64,000 nucleotides of DNA from Lama guanicoe (lineage: Eukaryota): the NCBI GenBank assembly GCA_013239625.1, contig MU054037.1:1-64000 (forward strand), in the 5' to 3' direction. Made by a program: the position numbers and the translations under genes. The notes under the pieces are model-generated. The model was not told the DNA's origin. It made no database searches and saw nothing but the letters and a program-made list of their open reading frames with translations. Positions 54,319 through 64,000 of this stretch are shown here, piece after piece. Numbering within the stretch: the first letter of the stretch is position 1; every line of letters starts with the position of its first letter.

Positions 54319-54784
54319 TGTTTAGAGGTGAGGCGGGAAGCCCCATAAAAAACTGGCAGGGCCCCCAAGCAGGGACACTACTCTCATGCCAGCTTCATCC
54401 AGTTCCCTGGCCCAGAGGCTCTATCTCACTTTTTGCCTCTGAAACGGCTTACTTACCCCTAAAATTCTATTGGTTCCCTCAGCTCACTTCTGATTGGTTA
54501 TTTCCTTCATTCCTGATTGGTTACTTCTCTCACTCCTGATTGGTCTATTCCTACAAAGCTGTTCCTGGTTGGTCAACTTCTGTTATACTTTATTTGCATA
54601 TGATGTTGGAAAGTGTAAAACTGGCAGCCTACAAAGGCCTGTGTAAACTTACAGACGGGGTCCAGAGCTTGGAGTGTTAACTCCTCTGGGCCCGCTGGCA
54701 TAATAAACCTGAGTTCTCCAACTCTCCGAGTGCTACTTGGTCTCTCGCCCGAATCCAGGTTGCTGTCACAACTGAGCTGTAACA
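54319..54784 (+). mobile_element. Solo ERV1-type LTR in ENTPD1 intron 7, antisense to the gene (5' boundary approximate)
   Basis: Four ATTGG boxes at ~23-bp spacing, octamer ATTTGCAT 54592-54599, AATAAA 54702-54707, and a terminus GCTGTAACA. Confidence 0.75.
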
Positions 54785-56697
54785 CATTTTTCCACAACAG
54801 AAGAAGGCAATGAGCTAATGTAAGGAGACTGCCAAACTGAGGTTGAGAAGGCTGTGAGGACAATTTCAACCAGGAACTATGGGACCAAAAAGAAAAGCCA
54901 CCAGAGGGGGAGCTGAAGGCGCCTCCACCCTTTTCCAGCTCTACATCTTCCTACCTTGATTGGGGGAATCATATTCAAAAGCAAGAAATTCTACACCACC
55001 CCCCCCAACCCCACAAAGTCAGAAGGGTTTGTCAAGCAAGAAGGTAAGAATTGGGCCCTATCTTCCAGGAGGCAAAGGTTTAAAAAAAGTTAAAATGTCA
55101 ACACAAAATAATATATTCCTTTTCGTTCAGATGTACTTCCTGGCAGGACTGGAATTGAAAGGGCCCTTGGCTGTTTCCAGAATCCCTGGCCACCTCCCTC
55201 CCTTTTGTGGCACCCTACTTTCTCTCCCAGCAGCCAGATGAAAGGCAAGGAGTCTGGCCCCAAAAAAGCCCAAGATGGGCAGCCAATGCCAGTTCAGCTA
55301 TAGGACATCCAGGCGAGAGTCTAGTTTGTTGTGAATTTGAGTTTGGAGCCAACTAATGATGAAGCATTATGCTGCCAGTCATTGTGCAGTCAGGTATTTC
55401 CCTCAGGAAACTGGAGGGGAGGGGGAACTGCAGTCTGGGCCATGGTTGAGGTAAGCCAGGATCCATGATTCTACCCACTGTTGTCTTCCCAGAGACCAAG
55501 GGAGTGAAGAGCTCCAGATAGTTCACAAGTGGCAAAGCCAGAGTTTAAGCCAGGCCTGATTACTGCAGGGCCTGTGCTCTCTCCAGGAAGCTCTTTCTGT
55601 GACAGTGGGCTGGGCCAGGAGACCTTGGGAGAAACTGTTCTGCTGGGTCTGAGAGGGGAGTTGAACTTCCTTCCTCACATGCTGATCTATTTTCTGAAAA
55701 AGGGAGAAAAGAGTGTGAAGGCAGACAAAAGCCCATAGTTTCTTTGAATGATATCTTAAGTGACTAAGTAAGATATGTATATGTCAGTCAATAATTGGAA
55801 TTTGACTGATGGTAGCTAATTTGGCAATATATGATTAAATTATGATTACAGTAATTCTTGGTCTCCAGGACCAAAATCTGAAATTTGAATAATGAGTAGA
55901 TCAAGGGGCACCTCTTCTGCCTCTGTTCAAATATTTTATCTTATTCTGGAATAATTGAGAACAAAAGGAATTCGGAGTTGGGATTCAAATTGCCCCCCAG
56001 CTCTTCAAGATGTAATGAAAATGATGCTATCATTTTGTTTCCTTGGGATTTCCTGAGTTTCTACTTCCTTAGTGTTTTTATAGAGGAAAACCTTTAGCCA
56101 AGATATCTAACTGCTGTTTCTCCTTCTTCTGACATCTGAGAAGCCACCTGTGGCAGATCCTGATGGGTGTCCTCCCCAGCAGCCAGCCCCTGTCTTCTGA
56201 CTTACAGATTCCTGACTTTACCCCACAGAGGAGAGCAACCTGCTCAAGAAGACTCCCCCGTTCCAGGGGAAGGACAATAATTAGTCTAAACCAGCCGTGG
56301 TGACCCACTCCCCTTTAGCACAGATTTGTTTAGAGATGTGCATTTTACCAAATTCTGGCCAATGGCATCTGAAAAGATGTTTGGTGGCACTTCTGCAAAG
56401 TTGGAGAAAGATGTATGCAAGATAAACTTCCTTCTTTCCTGCACTGGCTTTGCATGTGAAGACATGACGCTTAGAGCAGTAGCTGCCATCTTAGCACCAC
56501 AAGGCCAAGAAAATAATTGAAAAGCTGATCCCACATCCTGACATTAAGCTAAAGAACTAACCTTGAACTATCTACATCAAGGCTTATTATCATGTGAGAG
56601 AAAAATAAATCCTATTATTTAAACTCTTTTAGGCAAACATTCTGTAATTCACAACAAAAATCATCCTGACCAATATATCACCATTGCACAAACTTAC

Positions 56698-56955
56698 CCC
56701 AAAATCCCCTTGGACTGGTGGCAAGAAAATCCCATCGAAGGCACAGTGGGAGTAAGGGCAGTAACTGGTGTTAAAGAGTTGAAGGATGCTTTGCTGGCAC
56801 TGTTGATAATTCCCAGTGCCTTGGATTATAATTTCATCAAATTGAAGAAACGTCTCAAATTTCCTGGTGCAGGGACTTTCATACAGATCAGCTAAAACCA
56901 TTTTCCTCTGGTATCCAGGGTGAAAGCAAGGGTCACTGATGGTTCCATCTGTATT
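56698..56955 (-). CDS. ENTPD1: ENTPD1 exon 7 (258 bp), Cys-rich ectodomain
   Basis: Acceptor ttcag|AAT, donor GGG|gtaagt. Translates [18 protein letters not shown]...[26 protein letters not shown]. Confidence 0.96.
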
Positions 56956-57892
56956 CTGAATGGAAAAATCACATAAAGGCATCATGTACAAATGCTTTGG
57001 GTACGAAAGCACCAGTCTAACTTCATTAATGTGCAGCTATTGAACAACATCCAACCACTCAGCGTGAGCATCTGAGCCCCTGCTCTCCCTTTTTTATGCT
57101 TGGGAATAGTCATTCTTGTATAACACCCACCAGATGTGGTATCAGATGTAAATGAATTTTTGCTATTCATAAAAAGCTAATAAAGTTGAAGGTGGGCCCA
57201 GAAATTCCATTAGTCTGACATATCCCCCAAAGCTTGGTACTAATTGCATAGGTCAGAAGCAGATTCACTGGGAAAATTCTCAACATTCTCAAAATTCTGA
57301 GCCTGGAGTGGTTCTCTGGGAATCTGCCTGTATCCCTGCCCCCATCTCCAAGCAAAAAGTCAAAATCTCCAAGAGCTGGAAGTGCCTTAGATCATTTAAG
57401 GTGGGAATATCAAAATGATTTTTAACCCACAGCCCAATATGTTCAAGAGAAGAAGAGGGGCTGCTGTGGATAAGAGGCTAAGTGAAGCCTTAAGGCTCAC
57501 TCGGCATCTCTCAGCAGCCCCTCCTCCCACGGCAGTCATCTTATTGACAGTGCTTCTGAGAACCAGAGAGAGCGCTTTGGAGGAGAGCACGTAACCAGTT
57601 GTCCTTTCAGTAAAGACAGGGAACAACTGGATGTGACATCCTTGCTCTATGTTTGACCGGAAGTGTTGGTACTTGCATGATTTTGAGTACGTTTAACTTT
57701 TCTTGCCTTCAAAATGCAAAAAGTATCTGGGGACAAGATTTGAAGTGTTGATCAATAAACTTTGTGTTTTCCCTGAAGTTTTTTTTCTCCTCCTCTCCAG
57801 GTTGTTTCTAACAACCCTGTTTTCTGTAGTTCATAGGAAATGGAGATTAAAAAGTGGGAAAGAGCTTGTAAATTGCACATACACATACATAC

Positions 57893-57930
57893 ACAACAAC
57901 AACAACAACAACAATAACAATAACAATAAC
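57893..57930. repeat. (AAC/AAT)n microsatellite
   Basis: Directly visible; gives poly-N in a spurious ORF. Confidence 0.9.
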
Positions 57931-58223
57931 AGTATTCCAGCCTGTAATTTTCATTCTCAACCCCACAGCAGGGAGAAATTATTTCCCAAGGAAGGATCTG
58001 AGTCGTGTCCTTGGAGATAGTTCAGTAAACAAACATAGGAGGTGGTGTCTGGATGGGACAATTCATAGGGGTTGACCAGATGTAGTCAGATATCCTGCCT
58101 GAGAAGGTTTAGAAAGTACAGTACCCAACTTCAGACCAATTACCAAAGTAAGAAGAGAAAAACAGGATGTGGGGGCTGGTGGCACAGATGTGGGAAGGGT
58201 GGTCTGGATCGAGTTATACTTAC

Positions 58224-58463
58224 CCTAACGTCCTTGGCTAGTTTCTGCAAAAGAGCTTGATCCTTCCCATAGCACAAGAAGCTGTGTGTGTATACACTGT
58301 AGTTCCTGCCATAGAGGCGGAAGTGCAGAGTGTCGTCTGGTGACTCCATCGTTTTGTCTTTGGGCACAAAAGTGATTTGTGTAGAGGCTCCCCCAAGGTC
58401 TAAAGCTCCATAGGTTTCCTGAGGTTCACCTCCAGTTGGCTTTAGGTTAAACCAACTCGATTT
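58224..58463 (-). CDS. ENTPD1: ENTPD1 exon 6 (240 bp), contains ACR4
   Basis: Acceptor ctttcag|AAA, donor AGG|gtaagt. Translates [80 protein letters not shown]. Confidence 0.97.
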
Positions 58464-59142
58464 CTGAAAGACAGTACAGTCACCAGTGGTAGAAGTCTCT
58501 GGACATCCCCCTTTCTGTACTATTCCTTGGACTCAGGGACCTTCTAAGGCAGAGGAGCAGGAGCATAAGGGTGACACAAAGCTCACGAGAGGTTCCTGAG
58601 TCTGCATCAGACCAACAGCAAGAAAAGAGGGGCTTCAAAGACATAGCTCAGACTGCAGCAGCTTAGGAGTAGTTCACAACACAAGGTCCAAGGCTGGAAA
58701 GACTCAATGCAAATCCCCACTCATTTGCTCATTAGCCATGTGGCCTTTAGCAGAATAATTAACCTTCTCTAGGCCTCAATTTGAGGCTCTAAAATGAGAA
58801 AACACCTCATATGCTTATTCTGGAGAGTAAATCAAACTGTACATGAAAAGTGCTTAGCACAGCACAAGACACACAGCAGGAGGCCAATATTAGCTAATCT
58901 TATTTTTAATGATAGACTTTTAATTTTTTTCTGTATCTCTGTAAAGATATGGCTTCCTTATTCTCCAATAGTAAGATTTCTTGTAAGAGAATTATAGCTC
59001 TAGTGACCCTTGCAAATGTGAGGGTAAATTAATTTGTTCATTTATTCATCATTCATTCTGCCGAGTGATCCAAGTACTGCCTGAGACAGCAGTCGCATTG
59101 GCCCCCAGGAAGCCGCCTCCATGGGCGCTGTGAGACTATCAC

Positions 59143-59302
59143 CTGAGTGAATCTGCCCAGCAGATAGTTGGTAGTGATCCAGCCATAGGCGCCCTCCTCT
59201 TGGCCAGTGATGATTCTGGCGCCCTGGAAGTCAAAGGGGTAGTTGCTGATGCTGCTTGTCACCACAGCCAGGATCTTGCTTGCCAAATATCCATTCTTCA
59301 TC
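59143..59302 (-). CDS. ENTPD1: ENTPD1 exon 5 (160 bp), contains ACR3
   Basis: Acceptor ttgtgcag|GATG, donor CAG|gtgata. Translates [53 protein letters not shown]. Confidence 0.97.
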
Positions 59303-61209
59303 CTGCACAAAGAGCTGAGGTTACTGATTTTGTTTGAATAATCACAACTACCCACTGCAGCCAGAGCTTCCAGCCAGTTCTCCCAGGAAATGGACCATAA
59401 ACTCACTGGAACAAATGGAAGGATGGAGATCCCCACGCGTGGCGTGTCTGAGGAGCCCGCCTTTTGTGTGAGGCAGAACTACTCTTTTGGCCCCTGTCCA
59501 AGGCCATATCCTTCCAATCCCTACATACAGTGATTGTCCTAAAATACCATTTTCATTGTTCCCTGGCTCCAAGAAGTTATCAAAGTGATTTTAATTACTG
59601 TGGTGGTGGTAGGGGGATATTGTTTGATGTTTGATCACCAAGCCTAGAGCCAATGTGTGCTCAATTAGCCATTGCTGGTGGCTTCAAGCTGTTTACATGG
59701 CCAGGCTCTGCTGGAGGTTTTAAATTAGGGTTCTAGTAGACACCAGATGGCAAACATCCTGGGACACATACCCAACCTCATTTGGTAGCAGACTAGGAAA
59801 AAAATTTTTCTCATATTGTGCCTTCATTCCAGGGTTGTCATAACGAAGATGCAATACAATTGCTTCCAAGATCTAGGCAATACGATACTGAGAGTCTCTG
59901 GGTCGGAAAATGCTGCCTTCCAACTGGCATTAGACCTCTGTCATCTCTCATTTGAATAGCTTCCATACTCCACCGATTGGCCTCCTCATCCCTAGTTTTT
60001 CCCCCCTCCAATCCACCTCTCTACCAGTGTCCCCAGTTGTGTTACATCCTTTAATGGCTTCCCATTATCTCCCAGATTAACTCCAATTCCTTCACATGGC
60101 CCACAAGGCACTTTATGATCTGAACCTTGCCTTCTCAGAATCCCACTCAGAATCCTGGCTCTACTACTTACCAGGTGTCTGACCTTTGGTTAGCTAGTTG
60201 ACATTTGTACACCGCAGCTTCCTTAATCTGATTTGTAATAGTTAATCATGCCTCTTGCTTTGTACAGTTGTGGTGGTTAAATTAAAGTACCGTGCTAAGA
60301 ACATAGTACGGGCTCAACAAATACAAGTTGCCACCACTGTTACTGTCGTTATTAGTATTTACTACATGCACCAACATTCCATCTATGCAGAACCATTTAT
60401 AGTCCTCTGAGCATGCCCTGCTCTCTCACACATCCCTCCTTTGCACACCTATTAGAACACCAGGAAAGCAGCGACCGTGCCTGACACATAACAGGTGCCA
60501 AACAAACACAGGTTACAGGTGCATGGTGTCTGCTCTGCCTGGGATGCTCTTCCCCTGCCCCCAACAAGTCCTTCATGATTTGGCTCATGTATCCTCTCCT
60601 CTGGTGAATCTTCTTGACCTCCTCTCATTCTTGTCAGGCCAAGTGTGCTCCATAGCAGCTCTGAGTCCTCCTCTACTTAAGAACTGGTCACCCTGTATCA
60701 AAACTCTGATCTTAGGAGATAAGCCACCTACTTCTATGTCCTGGGAGAGTGTCCACAGTCAATACACACTGAATGAATGAATGAACAAATAATGCCCGCA
60801 GGAGTAAATGGTGGCCAGTAAAGATGTGCTGCTTGGTGATGATTTGTGTCTTGGGATATCTGTAAGTCTCCTCTCGCCTTCCTCCTCCCAGATATTGAAT
60901 GGCTAAAGTTGTAGCCCCAAATCCCAGAGTATATAGGCTCAGTCTTTCTCTCTTTGGGTCATCAGCCCCTTAAATTCCCCGTAGGGAGATGAGCAAGAAG
61001 GCTTTTTTTTTTCCATAAACTCCCACCATTACACACACTAAGAGTTTGGGATTTTACCCACTTACTGCGATTTTCTTTTTCCGGTGTGGATATTTAGCAT
61101 GGTTAAAATTGGGGTGTTGGAGAAGTGTGGCCCTCACCCACAACTTCAGAGGCTCTTGCACTGCCCACCCTCACTGCCAGCCATTCTTGGTCCCCACAGG
61201 CTGTTATAC

Positions 61210-61360
61210 CTGAGCAACCGCATGCCTGCCGTGGCTCCCAGGTAAACAGGTGTCTCTGTATGCTGGGGTGCTGGAATCACTACCTTGGCTCTTTCCATGC
61301 ATGCAGCCAGATAAACGTCTATTTCACTTAATTTTTGAACATGGTTTGCAATTCCGGGAC
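61210..61360 (-). CDS. ENTPD1: ENTPD1 exon 4 (151 bp), contains ACR2
   Basis: Acceptor ttccccag|GTCCC, donor CTCAG|gtataa. Translates [51 protein letters not shown]; phase fits both neighbours. Confidence 0.96.
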
Positions 61361-63848
61361 CTGGGGAAAGATGTAGAAACAGATGAAAACTTTTTCAAAA
61401 ATATAGGACGTATCTTCACATTATTAAAGAAAAATACTGATGTTTTCTGAGAAAATGCAAGGAGACAGTTCCTTTTTGTGATATCTATCAGGTTTTTGTA
61501 CTTAAGAGGCGAACTCTGAATCTAGTTCTTGGTAGGATTTATTTTCAAGACCTCAAGCTAGGTCTGTCTGCTGTTCAATAATTTTGCCACTGGATGGCGC
61601 AATTTTCACATTCAGTTGCATAACCTTCCTAACTCTCTCAGATTTTAATGGGAATTTAATAGATAACTGTTCTATACAGCTGCTTTTTGATGTTTCTTCC
61701 ACAAAGTTGTAATAAACAACAGTAATTCCTAGAAGATCTAAAAGGAGAACGATAACATTTAGAACAAAAATTAAAACATGCACCAGGCACAGGGGCTTTT
61801 ACTGAATAGACAAGAACTGCCCCTAACTAGCTATGTAATCACGACCAGTCCTCTAAAATCTCTGAAGTTTCTTCCTTTGTTAGAAGAAAACAGGAGTAGA
61901 ATCCATGTCTCCTCAGCAATTTTTCCACTCTGATACCCTGTCTGCCTAGTAAAACTGTCCAGTTTTAAAGCAGTTTTAACTGTTTCTATGGAGAGGATTA
62001 GAGCCAAGATTCCTTAAGCTTTAGAAGTTAACACTTAACAATTTTGGGCTCACTTTCAGATAAACATCTACACTTTCATTGCTTTATAGTGAGGATTTAC
62101 TTTAATAATAATTATCCAGATAGTTTATCTATATCATTCACCAGATTTTATTTATTTATTTAACCATAATGACAAAATCAGCTCTGAGTTATCAGCTGTT
62201 TCTTTTTTTTTTTTAACATTTTTTATTGAATCAGCTAACTGTTTCAATTCAAAAAGTCTGGCCTTCAATAACTGGTGGCTCTCGACTCATCTTTCTATCT
62301 AAATATTTGATTACAGCACTCTCTCTCTCTTTTGAGAGGGAAAATTACTGAATTTATTATGCCAAACACACAGGGTGAGTCTCAGAAGATATCTGCTAGG
62401 TTGACACAACAAGAGTTTAAGAATGGAAGGCAGTTAATTAAAGAGAAGCCAATAAAGTACGGGATTTGGGTTTTAAGAACTGTTTGAAGTTCCCTCTCAG
62501 AACTGACAGGGCCAAAGTCTGAGGGCATCAGGCCTGGGTAGAATGACTTCCTCTCTTGGAAACATCTCCTATTTTCTGCTTTCTTGAAAAACTTTAAAAA
62601 TTAGTGGACTCCACAAGCCACCAAACTAAAAGTAAATTATCTTCTGGGCTCTAGGTTACCTGTCCGACTGAAAATAAATAGTCAGTCCCTAGTTCAAAAG
62701 GCCAAGAGAGATAAAGGTCAGGAAAATGACGATGCAGTGTAGTAACATTCAGTGCATGCTGGAGCATTGTATGGGAGGGAGTGGAAAGAGCTGTTATCAA
62801 CAACTCTAACTTGTCTTGTGACCTTAAAAGAAAACTAAGTAGGAAAAAAGCAGTATGTATGGCAGCAACTCAGAGTAGCAAGAAGCCTGGAGTGCAATTA
62901 GGAAGCCTAGATTCTTTTTTTTTTTTTAACATGGAAGCCTAGATTCTTGTCATGGTTCTGTTCCTACTTGCAAGTCCCTAGTCTTTCAGGTTTTTGCTTC
63001 CTTTTCTGTAAAACAAGATTTCAATGATCCATAAGGTCCTTTTCCCAGCCCTACGAGTCTATGATTTGCCTGCCTAGACAGAAGCTAAAGGCTTTTGAAA
63101 ATTTCTTCCAAGTCATAGATTAGAAGACAAAGATTAAGAGCAGCAATTCTCTGGACTTGCAGCATCAACATCACCTGGGAACTTGTTAGAAATGCAAATT
63201 CTCAGACCTCATCCCAGACCTACTGAACCAGAAACTCTGGAGTGGGAGCTTTAACAAACCCTCCCGGTGGTTCTGATGCAGGTTCAAATTTGAGAACCAC
63301 TGGCTAACACATGGATTTAAAATTGGGCAGATCTTCACATAGCAAAGGAACCCATCGACAAAATGAAAGGAAAAAAAATACCCTACTAAATGGGAGAAAA
63401 TATTTGCTAATGATATGACTGATAAGGTGAAATTAGTGAAATTTGGGCAGATCTCAGTTTGAACCCCAGTTCTATCACTTACTAGCTCAAGTAACCTTAA
63501 ACTAGTGGCATAACTTCTCTCAACCTCAGTGTCTTAATATTATTTTTTTAATGAGCATCATAATAAACTCCTCAAAGGGAGATTGTGAGGATGAAATGTG
63601 TGCATGGCACACAGAAGTGTCCTGTTGATGGGAGCTACCATTACTCAATTACTTTAGTTTGTTTATTTTTCAAAGGCTTGATCATTAAGGACTGATTTCA
63701 ATACTATTTTTATAATGATAATAAAATAACAACAATAGCTGGTCTGCTATGTTCTCACTTGACTTCCTTTTTCTTGTGTGTTTCACTTGCCACATGCCTC
63801 TCATGGTCTCATGCCCACTGTCTCCCCCTCCCTTTTTCTTCATCTTAC

Positions 63849-63966
63849 CTTGTACCTTGCACTCTTCTACCTGACTCACCATCCCTGTGTCATTCTCCTT
63901 TTCTGCTGGCCATTGATAGATGTACAAACTCGTGTGAGAAGAGCCCGCATCCAGCACAATCCCAAA
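63849..63966 (-). CDS. ENTPD1: ENTPD1/CD39 coding exon 3 (118 bp), contains ACR1
   Basis: Acceptor ccctcag|TTT, donor AG|gtaaga. Translates [46 protein letters not shown] is apyrase conserved region 1. Confidence 0.97.
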
Positions 63967-64000
63967 CTGAGGGCAAAAGAAACCAAGAACTTATCAGCAT

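Noticed and set aside
54897..54915. CTCF-like motif CCACCAGAGGGGGAG
   Set aside because: Mismatch at a core position; cannot be supported without ChIP data.
1..64000. CRISPR array, prokaryotic defence system or other novel multi-gene system
   Set aside because: The sequence is intron-rich mammalian DNA. There are no regularly spaced repeat-spacer units, and the credible coding signal is explained by ENTPD1, CC2D2B and transposon remnants.

Overview
Mammalian genomic DNA, most likely a camelid: it carries two vic-1-type tRNA-derived SINEs and many related L1 3' ends. Two genes lie head-to-tail on the minus strand. (1) ENTPD1 (CD39 ecto-apyrase): eight coding exons (human numbering 3-10; 63966 down to the stop at 40097), all spliceable in frame, with apyrase conserved regions ACR1-5 intact. 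Its first exons lie beyond the window. (2) CC2D2B: it starts at a CpG island (~27430-28200) and runs leftward out of the window. Nine exons from 21348 to 644 give an open frame, but the two 5'-most homologous coding exons carry in-frame stops or a frameshift, and one expected acceptor reads TG. This suggests an N-terminally shortened protein starting at a strong-Kozak ATG at 21340, or early decay of the gene. The rest is intron and intergenic sequence rich in L1, L2, MIR, MaLR and MER5 repeats. It also holds a Mutator-like (MULE) element with long TIRs and a transposase remnant, a CpG-decayed tRNA-Asn pseudogene, an antisense ERV-type LTR with CCAAT x4 plus an octamer, and a composite inverted L1 with a 17-bp TSD. 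I found no convincing wholly new biological system; the findings are lineage-specific gene-structure and transposon observations. Human comparisons and exon numbers are from memory, not a search, and repeat boundaries are approximate.
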